From NCBI GenBank assembly GCA_963666565.1, contig OY762911.1, positions 2,432,001-2,496,000 of the forward strand: DNA of 64,000 bases. The letters are read 5' to 3'. The notes under the pieces are model-generated. The model searched no databases. It had not been told where the DNA came from and saw only the letters and a list, made by a program, of their open reading frames with translations. A program made the position numbers and the translations under genes. The DNA is from Thermoanaerobaculia bacterium. Its GTDB lineage: Bacteria; Acidobacteriota; Thermoanaerobaculia; Multivoradales; Multivoraceae. This document shows, piece by piece, positions 1-9,515 of the stretch (positions are counted from its first letter, which is position 1; the number at the start of each line of letters is the position of its first letter).

Positions 1-149
1 AGCCGCGACAGAGTTCCGCGTTCGCAGCCGAGGCGCGCCGCCGTCTCGGTCACGCTCCATCCGACGTCGTCCACGTTCTCGCGGACGAGTTCGCCCAGAT
101 GCGGTGGATCCAACATCGTGCCGACGCGGTCGCTCTCGCGATTGCTCAT
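1..149 (-). CDS. higA: HigA-family HTH antitoxin (5' part; runs off window start)
   Basis: Manual translation MSNRESDRVGTMLDPPHLGELVRENVDDVGWSVTETAARLGCERGTLSR; PPHxGE plus HTH pattern of HigA; strong RBS GGAGGAGG. Confidence 0.85.
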   Translation of the reverse strand, partial: MSNRESDRVGTMLDPPHLGELVRENVDDVGWSVTETAARLGCERGTLSR

Positions 150-168
150 GGTCCTCCTCCTGCTCTAG

Positions 169-2032
169 ACTCCTTGAACAAGGGGCGTCTTAACAGTTGA
201 GTCAAGTTTGGTTCGGGGTGTCCGTGTCGATTCGGCGTGACGGAGGTCGGCCTCAGGCTGCGAGTCGCTGTCCTCGCCAGGCTCGTTGGACGTCGCGGTC
301 GTAGTTGGCGACGGTTCTTCGTAGCCGGGCGTTGGCTTCCGGGTCGAGGGTGGCGGACATGACGGGGCCGAGCACTCGGGCGTGGGTCCGGTGGTAGGCG
401 AACGCTACGCGCAGTCCCCAGTCGGTGATCCGGTAGCGGTGGGTGCGGGGGATCCGCTCGATGATTCCCCGCAGTCGCAGCCGGCGCAGGTCGTAGGTCA
501 TGCGGGAAGGGCCGTAGCGTTCCGGCGGGAGTCCGCACAAAGCGGCGACCGCGGGCCGCAGATCGCGGTTGCGGAAGCCGTTGGGCAGGAGGCTGAAGCG
601 CAGCAGGGCGGCGAAGAGACTCTGCACCCTGCGGTCTCCGAAGCGAAGCGCCGAAGCGCGCTGACCCGAGATGCACCGCGGACGGTGCAGATCGTCGAGC
701 GTTTCGGCTCCGAGCAGACAGTCGTGGCTGAGAGTTTGGACGCCGAGCAGGCGTCGGTTGGCGGCGAAGCCGACCTTCTTGAGGTCATCGAGGTTTCTCA
801 GCAAACGACCGACATCGAAGTCGTAGGTGTCGTTGATCACCGTCTCGGTGCGCAGGGCGCGCCCTTCCTTGTGGTACTGCTTGATGCGCGAGTGCTTGTA
901 GTCGACGTGCAGCGACGGGGAGACCCCGTCGGTAATGACGCGGGTGCGATACCGCGAGGGGGTGCGTCGCGTGACGCGGCGCTTGAAGATCAACTGCACG
1001 TGCTCGGGCCGTCCCATGTCGAGGTGCTCGCGCAGCACCTCCTCGAAGAAGACCCGACCCTGCACCGGGCGGTCGAAGACCTGGGTCAGGGCGAATTCGG
1101 CCTGGAGGATCGAGACGGCGTAGCGGATGCCCCGCCGCCGGTCGCCGGCGGAGAACGGATGCGGCAGGCGAGCCAGCCACTTGCGCAGCAGCGCGTCGAT
1201 CTTGTCCGCGCCGAACCCGTCGGCGAGCCGCTGCATCGCCTCCGGGTCCGAGCAGCGCAGGATGCCGTTGTCCAGCGACTCGTACTCGATCCCCCGCTTG
1301 CTCAACTGGCGCTTGAGGTACTCGTGTCCGTTGATGCACAGCTTGGCGTTGTAGGGGAAGTACGAGCAGAACTTCAGGAAGAACGGACCGAAGTCGTCGT
1401 CGAACACGTAGAAGTAGTACTGGTTGACCATCGCCGTCGAGTGCACCAGCCACGGATAGCCCGCGTCGGTCGCCGAGTCGTAACGACGCTCGGTACGCAG
1501 CACCCGAGCCTTCTCCTGCGCCTTGCCGACGTACAGCACCCCCTCGCCTCCATGCCACCGGCGAAGGTACTCGCGGGTGCGGTCGTCCTTGCGCTCGCCG
1601 CGCCGAAACGGGACGATGTCGGTCCGATGCTGCCGCGCGTAGCCCTTGATCGCGGCCACGAACCGCCTCGTCATCGGCGCCATCAGCACCGACGACGGCA
1701 CCTGCGCGCCCCGCACCTCCCGGAAGAACCAGGCCGCGCCCGCGCCACGCTGAAGCACCGGTACGTAGACGTTGAGGTACATCCGATCGACGCACTCCAG
1801 CGTCAACGACACATGCTCCTCAAGAACCTCGGCTGCCGTGCGTGCTACCTTCATCAGCGGACTCCGGTCGATGGGCTTCTCACCGGCCAGCTTAAGGCCA
1901 CCTTCGCCGCAGAGCGACAATACGGCGGATTCACTCCGCAGCTGAAGCAGCGACCGGAGTCCGATCGACGCCAAGGCCGACGCCGACCACCGCCGCGAAC
2001 ATGCTCGTCGGTCTGAGGCGAAGCCTCGTTAG
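169..2032 (-). mobile_element. Unclassified IS-like element (1864 bp) with CTA at both junctions and no terminal inverted repeats
   Basis: Removing 169-2032 restores GAC TAC CAC TAG AGCAGGAGGAGGACC ATG, i.e. the higB stop followed by the higA RBS and start. Confidence 0.8.
253..1854 (-). CDS. Putative transposase of an uncharacterised family (Rep_trans-like Y..K/LRxE motif, C-terminal winged helix)
   Basis: 533 aa from MKVART; motifs DRMYLNVYVP, YYFY, NGHE, IKQYHKEGRALRTETVIN, C-terminal YDLRRLRLRGIIERIPRTHRY; only credible ORF inside the element. Confidence 0.65.
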   Translation of the reverse strand: MKVARTAAEVLEEHVSLTLECVDRMYLNVYVPVLQRGAGAAWFFREVRGAQVPSSVLMAPMTRRFVAAIKGYARQHRTDIVPFRRGERKDDRTREYLRRWHGGEGVLYVGKAQEKARVLRTERRYDSATDAGYPWLVHSTAMVNQYYFYVFDDDFGPFFLKFCSYFPYNAKLCINGHEYLKRQLSKRGIEYESLDNGILRCSDPEAMQRLADGFGADKIDALLRKWLARLPHPFSAGDRRRGIRYAVSILQAEFALTQVFDRPVQGRVFFEEVLREHLDMGRPEHVQLIFKRRVTRRTPSRYRTRVITDGVSPSLHVDYKHSRIKQYHKEGRALRTETVINDTYDFDVGRLLRNLDDLKKVGFAANRRLLGVQTLSHDCLLGAETLDDLHRPRCISGQRASALRFGDRRVQSLFAALLRFSLLPNGFRNRDLRPAVAALCGLPPERYGPSRMTYDLRRLRLRGIIERIPRTHRYRITDWGLRVAFAYHRTHARVLGPVMSATLDPEANARLRRTVANYDRDVQRAWRGQRLAA

Positions 2033-2076
2033 TGGTAGTCGATCAGGTCCACGTCCACGGCATCCTCGAATCGGAA
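2029..2076 (-). pseudogene. higB: C-terminal remnant of HigB (plasmid maintenance killer) toxin
   Basis: Reads FRFEDAVDVDLIDYH*, the typical HigB-1 C-terminus; sequence further upstream does not look like HigB. Confidence 0.75.
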
Positions 2077-2100
2077 CGCGTGCCGAGCAGGTGTCCGGAG

Positions 2101-2289
2101 TCAGCGGAGGAACGAGAGAACCAAGCCCAGGCCGCCCCAGATGAAGTACCCGGCGATCAGGACGACGGCGGCGCCGAAGGCGATGTCGGGGAAGCTGGTC
2201 ACGAAGGAGTGCAGCGCGTACAGGACCGCGCCCAGAGCGACGGCGAGCGCCGCGATGGTCGCAACGACGATGTAGGTCGCCTGCCTCAT
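2101..2289 (-). CDS. Small membrane protein with two TM helices
   Basis: 62 aa, two hydrophobic segments, host-like codon usage. Confidence 0.55.
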   Translation of the reverse strand: MRQATYIVVATIAALAVALGAVLYALHSFVTSFPDIAFGAAVVLIAGYFIWGGLGLVLSFLR

Positions 2290-2415
2290 GAGGGGACCCT
2301 AGCAGGGCCACCGGTGCGCTGGACCGCACCAATGTGGATGCTGCGGGACGGGGCCGAGGTTCGCTCACTTTCTGAGCGACGTTTGGTTCAGTTTCTGAGC
2401 GATGCCAGCACCGGG

Positions 2416-5005
2416 GGTCTATCCCCGCGGGTGCGGGGGAACCCGCCCGATGGACACCGGCAAGCTGGCGGAGTCGGGTCTATCCCCGCGGGTGCGGGGG
2501 AACCAGGCCGGCCAGCCGATCGGCCACGTTCGCCGGGGGTCTATCCCCGCGGGTGCGGGGGAACCGAGTTCTTCCGGCGCGTGCTGGACGAGGGACTGGG
2601 TCTATCCCCGCGGGTGCGGGGGAACCGTGTACGCGCCGATCACGGGCTCGGAGCCGTCGGGTCTATCCCCGCGGGTGCGGGGGAACCAACCCCGGCGGCG
2701 CCGTCGCCGACGGCAAGGAGGGTCTATCCCCGCGGGTGCGGGGGAACCCCCGCGGCCGTCAGCGCCGTGCCGACCCGCTTGGGTCTATCCCCGCGGGTGC
2801 GGGGGAACCGGCCCGGCCGACGGCCTCTGGTGGGCCGACGTGGGTCTATCCCCGCGGGTGCGGGGGAACCGCAGGATGCGATCAACGCCTGCCGCAAGGC
2901 GGAGGTCTATCCCCGCGGGTGCGGGGGAACCGGCGATCGTTCTGTGCGCCGGAGATCGTCAGCAGGTCTATCCCCGCGGGTGCGGGGGAACCCGCGGATG
3001 GGACGGGCGGTCCGATGCCGTGCTGGGTCTATCCCCGCGGGTGCGGGGGAACCGGACGCCCCGATCGACTACGTCCGGGAGGATCGGGTCTATCCCCGCG
3101 GGTGCGGGGGAACCCTCCCGCAAGTTCCAGAAGGCAGGGGTACGGGGGGTCTATCCCCGCGGGTGCGGGGGAACCGAGGAGCGGCCCGACCTCCCGCGAC
3201 AGCCACTCGGTCTATCCCCGCGGGTGCGGGGGAACCACCGTCGACCTCGAGGGCATCCTGACCATCGAGGGTCTATCCCCGCGGGTGCGGGGGAACCGAG
3301 CGCCCTCACTTCCTCGCCTCCACGGCGTGAGGTCTATCCCCGCGGGTGCGGGGGAACCTACGAGCAGGAGCATGAGAACCGCACGATCGAGGGTCTATCC
3401 CCGCGGGTGCGGGGGAACCGTGGCCTTGGCCAGGTCGCGGGCGAGGTCGTGGGGTCTATCCCCGCGGGTGCGGGGGAACCGCCCCCCTGGCGGAGCCTCA
3501 GGCCCCAGATCAGGGTCTATCCCCGCGGGTGCGGGGGAACCGCCCCGGAACCGATCGGCCGCGTCCTCGCCCTGGGTCTATCCCCGCGGGTGCGGGGGAA
3601 CCGTCTACCAGGGCGCGAACGACGTGACGGACGAGGGTCTATCCCCGCGGGTGCGGGGGAACCCAGGTCGGCGAGGCCATCGACACGGGCGAACGGGGTC
3701 TATCCCCGCGGGTGCGGGGGAACCTGGCGACGACCGACTCCAGCGCGAACATCCCGAGGTCTATCCCCGCGGGTGCGGGGGAACCGAGCGCGCCCAGGGC
3801 GACGCGCCGACGGTCACGGGTCTATCCCCGCGGGTGCGGGGGAACCCTCCTCGCCCCGGAACACGCCGCCGGAGAAGGCGGTCTATCCCCGCGGGTGCGG
3901 GGGAACCACCTTGCACCGGCAGCCCCAGCCGTTCGGAGGGGGTCTATCCCCGCGGGTGCGGGGGAACCTCGCCGGCCTTGATGGCGGCGGCAAGCGCCTT
4001 GGGTCTATCCCCGCGGGTGCGGGGGAACCACGCGGCACCGATGAAGCGAGGAGGAACGATGAGGTCTATCCCCGCGGGTGCGGGGGAACCCGCCGGGCCG
4101 CCATCCTCCGCGACGTACTCGAGGGTCTATCCCCGCGGGTGCGGGGGAACCGGCAGCGACTGGGCGGCGACGGACCGGCTGTTGGGTCTATCCCCGCGGG
4201 TGCGGGGGAACCCGCCTGTTCCTCCACCTCCACGTCGTAGGTCGAGGTCTATCCCCGCGGGTGCGGGGGAACCCAGTCCGTCTGGCCGGCCTGATCCGGC
4301 GGCAGGGGTCTATCCCCGCGGGTGCGGGGGAACCACCAGGGAGCTCGCGTAGCTGGAGAACAGATCGGGTCTATCCCCGCGGGTGCGGGGGAACCCTCGG
4401 CGGGAGCGGCCGGCGTCTCGGACATGGCGGTCTATCCCCGCGGGTGCGGGGGAACCGTGACCTGCCGTTTCCGGCGTCGCAGGGCAACGGGTCTATCCCC
4501 GCGGGTGCGGGGGAACCTAGGCGGGACATACATACATACAACCGCACGGCGGTCTATCCCCGCGGGTGCGGGGGAACCCATCAAAAGGTAAGAGTCAAAG
4601 GATCCAGCAAGGGTCTATCCCCGCGGGTGCGGGGGAACCTGGAGCGATCAGCACGTCGCGTGGTTGCTCGGGGGTCTATCCCCGCGGGTGCGGGGGAACC
4701 GGTGTCGCATGTGGGTCTGGACATCGATCGCGGGGTCTATCCCCGCGGGTGCGGGGGAACCCTGAACGACGCGACTCGCGCGCCGGAGGAGCGGGGTCTA
4801 TCCCCGCGGGTGCGGGGGAACCATGTTCCGGCAGGGAGAGGATCAGGCGCGGAACGGTCTATCCCCGCGGGTGCGGGGGAACCAGCCGCGCCGATTGGTG
4901 GATCGAGCAGGAAGAGGGTCTATCCCCGCGGGTGCGGGGGAACCCTGGTCTTGATCGTCGCAGCGTCGCAAGCGTTGGGTCTATCCCCGCGGGTGCGGGG
5001 GAACC
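2416..5005 (-). CRISPR. Type I-E CRISPR array, 43 repeats and 42 spacers, 61-bp period
   Basis: Repeat GGTTCCCCCGCACCCGCGGGGATAGACC on the minus strand with a CCCCGC/GCGGGG stem; first copy at 2416, last at 4978; leader lies between the array and cas2. Confidence 0.99.
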
Positions 5006-5121
5006 TCTGGCCATTTTGGCCGATTCGCCGCGAAGAGTCGAGGCTCTGGCCAGTGCATGGAAGACGAAACCGTAGTTCCGTGTCTCGCTTCAGTTGTCAA
5101 AGAGCGGGAACTCCGGCGCGA
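5006..5121 (-). promoter_or_regulatory. CRISPR leader with boxA-like antitermination motif GCTCTTTGACAA (5094-5105)
   Basis: Between the cas2 stop and the first repeat; resembles boxA consensus GYTCTTTAANA. Confidence 0.65.
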
Positions 5122-5415
5122 TCACGACTTCTTGACGAGCAGGACGCCGTCGGCGTCCCAGATGTCCTTCGGGGGGTCGCCAAGGTGGCGAAGCGCCAGA
5201 CCTCCGGCGGCCGTGCCGTCGCGCCAGATCATGGCGATGGCACCGTTGCCGAGAGTGGTGAACCAGTCCTCGACCACTGTCCAGATCCGCTCCCGTACGC
5301 CGGCCGAGAGATCGGGGGACACGTACACGCCTGGCGCCACTTCGAGCATCGCGGACGCGAGAAAGCCCCGATACCTGGCTTCGACGTCCCGCGTCACGAT
5401 CACCGTCATGGGCAC
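5122..5415 (-). CDS. cas2: Type I-E Cas2
   Basis: RYRGFL..MLEVAPGVYV..RERIW pattern; position after cas1. Confidence 0.95.
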   Translation of the reverse strand: MPMTVIVTRDVEARYRGFLASAMLEVAPGVYVSPDLSAGVRERIWTVVEDWFTTLGNGAIAMIWRDGTAAGGLALRHLGDPPKDIWDADGVLLVKKS

Positions 5416-5418
5416 GGT

Positions 5419-6321
5419 CTACGAACTCCGTAGCGGGGGACTCTCCGCGTCGTCAAAGAGCGCCTTGATGCGGTCGATCATCTTCGGGATGGTCCGTTCT
5501 CGTTGGAGGGTTCGCCCGCACTCCCGGCGGGTAACCCGTTCGATGTTCTGACGGCCCCCGCTCTCCGAGACCTTTCGGGCTGAGCGGAACGCCACCGGTA
5601 TCGTGACCGAGTCGCGGAACAGATCGGCGATGTCGAGCACGAAGGACTGTCCGGAATCTTCGTGGATGAAGCCGAGTTGCGGGAGCGTTGCCGTCGCGGA
5701 CACGGCGATAGCGGCTGCCGCTTCCACGGCGCTCACGGCATGGTTCAGAGCCTGATTGGGGAGGTCGGCGGCGCCCGGTCGCGCCCTGTCGTAGCGGCGC
5801 CCTCGCCAGTCGATTCCGGCCTGGATGGCTGCCAGGCGATAGCTTTCCTTCATCCGGGCGCCCTCCATGCCGCGAAGGACGGCGATCTTCTCGTTGGGCA
5901 GGACTTCCCCCAACCGCCATGCGTACATGCGACGAGCGAGGTGAAGACGGATGCTCGGGTCTGCCCACGCTCGAGCCTGCCGTCGGGCAAGGCCCGAACG
6001 GTTGGCGATGAGTGGCGGCGCCGTGTAGCACCGCACGCCGTCTTCGCCGACCGCCGCCAGCGCCGTACCGTGCCTCGCCAACAGTCGCAGCGCATCGTGA
6101 CTCACGGTGGAGCCGGGACCGAGCAGGATCATCGACACACCCTGAAGCGGTATGCCGTAGCGGCCAGGGTCGAGCGGGTCGTTCTCCCTCGTTTTCGGCC
6201 CGCGCTCGAAGGACAGCGTGCCGTCGCGAGCTGTCAACGCGCCCCGGGAGAGCCATAGGAGGCCCGCACGGTCGGCATGAGGAATCCGGGCCGTTTCGAG
6301 GCCGAGGCGACCCTTGAACAT
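5419..6321 (-). CDS. cas1: Type I-E Cas1
   Basis: LLGPGSTVSH, LRGMEGARM, NQALN, LGFIH...FVLDIADL motifs. Confidence 0.97.
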   Translation of the reverse strand: MFKGRLGLETARIPHADRAGLLWLSRGALTARDGTLSFERGPKTRENDPLDPGRYGIPLQGVSMILLGPGSTVSHDALRLLARHGTALAAVGEDGVRCYTAPPLIANRSGLARRQARAWADPSIRLHLARRMYAWRLGEVLPNEKIAVLRGMEGARMKESYRLAAIQAGIDWRGRRYDRARPGAADLPNQALNHAVSAVEAAAAIAVSATATLPQLGFIHEDSGQSFVLDIADLFRDSVTIPVAFRSARKVSESGGRQNIERVTRRECGRTLQRERTIPKMIDRIKALFDDAESPPLRSS

Positions 6322-7107
6322 CTAGCGTTCCGGCGCAGGTTGGCCCGGCGGTCGAAGCAGCAGCATGCCGTAGCCGTAGGCGCGATGGCGCCCGACGCCC
6401 TTGCGGAGCATGTGGGCGAACCTGTCCGCGTCGTTGACCGTCATGGTGCCGTGGAGGATCGCATCGGGTCCCTCGGGGCCCCCGTTCTCGCCGCGGACTA
6501 TCCGGGTTCGTTGGAACCCGGCCAACTTGCACTGATCCACCGCAACCACATCGTCGAATCGTTCGGCAAGCCAATCCCGGTAGACGGATTCGCGCGTGAT
6601 GCTGGCTCGTTCGGTCGAAGCGTCCCGCCCGCGCGGCGTCCCAGGGCAAGTTCGGAGCAACGCCAATCGGTACGCATCCACTTCGCTGCCCTTGGACAGC
6701 GAGGAGCCGAGTTGCGGGTCGGGCAAGTCGTTCCTCAGACGACGAACGGGCCGGAGTCGAAGGTCGAAACCGAGACGCTCGCCCTGCTCGAAGGCTGAAG
6801 GCATCGGTTTCGACCTCAGCCGTTGGGGCGCGATGACCTCTTCGCAGTCGGGCGGAGCGACGCCGGCCGCCCTCAGCCGCAAGCTGGCTTCATCTCCGTC
6901 GGAGTAGCCATAGAGTGCCGCGCTGCGCCGGCGTTCCGAGGCGAACAAACGAAAGGGCTGGAGTGCCCCCTTGCCGAACATGGCGGACAGGAGAACGTGA
7001 AGGGCGTAGCCCGCATCGAAGGCGCCGCGCCGAATCAGACCGCGGCGGCCTGCCCACCGGTTGAACCTCCTCATGTCGAGAGGAGCATGTACGAGGTGCA
7101 GCTTCAT
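6322..7107 (-). CDS. cas6: Cas6e (CasE) crRNA endonuclease
   Basis: Starts MKLHL; C-terminal Gly-rich loop GVGRHRAYGYGML. Confidence 0.95.
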   Translation of the reverse strand: MKLHLVHAPLDMRRFNRWAGRRGLIRRGAFDAGYALHVLLSAMFGKGALQPFRLFASERRRSAALYGYSDGDEASLRLRAAGVAPPDCEEVIAPQRLRSKPMPSAFEQGERLGFDLRLRPVRRLRNDLPDPQLGSSLSKGSEVDAYRLALLRTCPGTPRGRDASTERASITRESVYRDWLAERFDDVVAVDQCKLAGFQRTRIVRGENGGPEGPDAILHGTMTVNDADRFAHMLRKGVGRHRAYGYGMLLLRPPGQPAPER

Positions 7108-7817
7108 TCCGCGCTCCGTGAGGACGCGATGTAGCCCGTGCAGACCTGCCTTGCTCCGCCGTGAAGTCCGCTGACCCAGTTTCGCTCGTCGGTCACGCTC
7201 GCAACACGGTCGGCGCCAGCCGTCCCTTCCGCCGCCGGCCAAGTCGCAAGCAGGCCGTTCGAGTTCGGGAGCGCGACTGCTTCCAACGCCTCTCGTGCCG
7301 CGGGCGCGTCCACCCACCCCTCGAAGATAGGCGACGAAGGCAGACAGCTCTTGCGCCCTATGAACAACGGCCGTGCCGGCTGCTCAAGGGCAGCCTGCAG
7401 CGCATCAAGCGTGGGATGAGCCTCTGCGGGTTCCAGCTTCAGCACAACGCTCATTCGCAAGTCGGCGTGATACTCGCGCCAACGTTGGTGTCTGCCCTCG
7501 TAGGTCTTCGCCCCGCCGTGTCTGCCTGCGGGGGTGCCGCGAGTGGTCCACGCACGGTCGTTCTTGCCCAGTTGCGCTGTCTGGTAGTCCGTCATGCGAT
7601 TCAAGCCGATGTCCCTCTCCCATACGGCACCGAAGACGACTCGCTCCTGCAGCGCCTGGTGCTCGGCCCGCATCGACCGCGACCATCCCAGAGCGTTCGC
7701 GAGCAGGCCGGTCAACATGGACTGGGCCGGGACATCTCGAATCACGCCATGCGCGTCGACGGTCTCCCCGCCGAACGCGCCTATGGGGGCACGAAGACGC
7801 AGGTGCATCCAGCGCAT
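7104..7817 (-). CDS. cas5: Cas5e (CasD)
   Basis: LRLRAPIGAFG, GLLANALG, REYHAD, PLFIGRKSC motifs. Confidence 0.95.
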   Translation of the reverse strand: MRWMHLRLRAPIGAFGGETVDAHGVIRDVPAQSMLTGLLANALGWSRSMRAEHQALQERVVFGAVWERDIGLNRMTDYQTAQLGKNDRAWTTRGTPAGRHGGAKTYEGRHQRWREYHADLRMSVVLKLEPAEAHPTLDALQAALEQPARPLFIGRKSCLPSSPIFEGWVDAPAAREALEAVALPNSNGLLATWPAAEGTAGADRVASVTDERNWVSGLHGGARQVCTGYIASSRSAE

Positions 7818-8947
7818 CAGGCCCTGCCGTCCCTCACGACGGTGCTGGCCCACGAAGCGAGCTCCCGCAACGTCGACGACCGCTCCGCTCCCGGTACTTG
7901 GGTCTCTTCGAGACCGATGAACCGGCGTTCTTCGCCGGTCTCGTAAAGGGCGTCGACGTTGTTCAGGAACTGGGCAGCCTTCTCTTGGGCGACCAGCCTG
8001 TTGGGTCTGCAGGGCTCCCGGTACGCCTCGGCGAGGCTCCGCGGCTGCCGGTCGCCAGCCTCTACCAGCATCCAGCTCGCGTAGCCGTAGGGTGCTGTCG
8101 GTCCCAACTTGGCGCCGGGCGTCACCGTGGCGATGAGATGAATCAGCCTGCGCGCCACCTCGCCGGCCATCTCGGCGTCACCGCCCAGGTTGCGGACAAG
8201 ACCGTTTCGATCCAGGACCACGTAGCCGTAGAACAGCCCCGAAGTCAGCTCGGTCTCTCCGATGTGATCGGCGCCTGAGTCGTCCTCCGCTCCTCGGAGA
8301 TCGTCGACGACGGTGAAGTAGTCACTCTCGCTTTCTTCCCGGTGAACGGTGAAGGCGTGTGCGACATGGACAGCGGCGTCGATGTTCGCCTCCACGTCCG
8401 ATGTGACCATGCGTCCGAACAGGGCGGCGGCGATGCCGCCGGGGAGGGAGCAATTCTCTCGGAGCGCCTTCATGTTGGCCTTTGAGTTCTTCTGCCAGCT
8501 TTCCGCCGCCTCTGCCGCTGCCTTGACGTCGGTTCCGTGTTCCTGCGCGATCTTGAGTGCTTCGGCTGCCAGGTACTCGATCTCGGGTTCGCCGAGCAAC
8601 AGGGGCTGGCGACTCTCGTCGCCTTTTTCGCCGTACACGGCCTTCTGGAATGCGGTCGAGATGGCCTTGACGACCTCTGCGTCATGGTCGGCATCGCGGA
8701 GGGGTTGAATCACTTGGCGGCTCACCGTCTCGCGGGACCGAACGCTCGCAGCAGCGCCGTCGATCCGTTGGAGCGCGTGTGGACTCTCGGTCACCCGCCA
8801 ATGGCGCTTGAGGCACTGAGACGAAACGCGCGTGCGCATGGCGTCGCCATAGAGAATCCTCTTGGCAAGGCCGGAGTCGTCGCGGTTCAACAGCACGGCC
8901 GAGTAGCCGTGCAGGCTGTGAATCTGGAGAAAGCGGGCGTCAGGCAT
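7817..8947 (-). CDS. cas7: Cas7 (CasC) Cascade backbone
   Basis: LNRDDSG.AK, RVSSQCLKR, ALFGRM, VAHAFTVH, DYFTVVDDL motifs. Confidence 0.97.
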   Translation of the reverse strand: MPDARFLQIHSLHGYSAVLLNRDDSGLAKRILYGDAMRTRVSSQCLKRHWRVTESPHALQRIDGAAASVRSRETVSRQVIQPLRDADHDAEVVKAISTAFQKAVYGEKGDESRQPLLLGEPEIEYLAAEALKIAQEHGTDVKAAAEAAESWQKNSKANMKALRENCSLPGGIAAALFGRMVTSDVEANIDAAVHVAHAFTVHREESESDYFTVVDDLRGAEDDSGADHIGETELTSGLFYGYVVLDRNGLVRNLGGDAEMAGEVARRLIHLIATVTPGAKLGPTAPYGYASWMLVEAGDRQPRSLAEAYREPCRPNRLVAQEKAAQFLNNVDALYETGEERRFIGLEETQVPGAERSSTLRELASWASTVVRDGRA

Positions 8948-9515
8948 CGGTATGCGTCTCCTTGGCTCCTGGGTTTAGCGTGGCTTCAAGATCGGCGCGG
9001 TAGTACTCGCGGGCGATCCGTCGACATGCCCGCCGGGCTGCGGGGGTGTTGTCGCCGGCCAGCACGAACTGGCCTAGCCCGAGCAGATTGAAGCGCTTGA
9101 AGTCGGTGCGAGCCAGTCGCCGGCAAATGCGGACCACGAGGTCGGACCGCTGGTCCGACGGTGCTGCGAGTAGCCGCGCAAGGCGTAGTTCCGACACGCC
9201 GGCCTGGAAGAGGGCCTTGCCCATGGACAACTCCTGTTGGTGCGCGGAGGCATTGTCCTTTCTCCGCCCCTTCGGTGTCAGGATCGCGACGGCCTGAATC
9301 ATCGCCGCCCATCTCTGTTCGTCGCCATCGGCACTGTAGCGGGTCAGTAGCCTCCAGAAGGCCGCCGCGCCGGCACCGCTCAGGGGGTCGTGGCGAAGAG
9401 CGGCGGCCGACCCCGGGTCGAGACGCGCGATCTCCGCCGCCAAACTCGGGATCACGTTCCCGAGATTCCCCGAACCTTGCGCCGTCCTCGCTGTTTCGGT
9501 GTCGCTACTCGACAT
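8940..9515 (-). CDS. cse2: Cas11/Cse2 (CasB) small subunit
   Basis: Helical ~190-aa ORF between cas8e and cas7; SELRLARLL and IAREYY motifs. Confidence 0.85.
   Translation of the reverse strand: MSSSDTETARTAQGSGNLGNVIPSLAAEIARLDPGSAAALRHDPLSGAGAAAFWRLLTRYSADGDEQRWAAMIQAVAILTPKGRRKDNASAHQQELSMGKALFQAGVSELRLARLLAAPSDQRSDLVVRICRRLARTDFKRFNLLGLGQFVLAGDNTPAARRACRRIAREYYRADLEATLNPGAKETHTDA

Noticed and set aside
2361-2402. TTTCTGAGCGA direct repeat and small hairpin at the array trailer
   Set aside because: Too short to assign; could be an operator or terminator but has no supporting evidence
2444-4977. Self-targeting by main-array spacers
   Set aside because: No match to this window noticed by eye; an alignment is needed to exclude it
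2032-5433. Long + strand ORFs (400-600 aa) with repeating VYPRGCGGT/GLSPRVRGN
   Set aside because: Translations of the CRISPR repeats, not proteins
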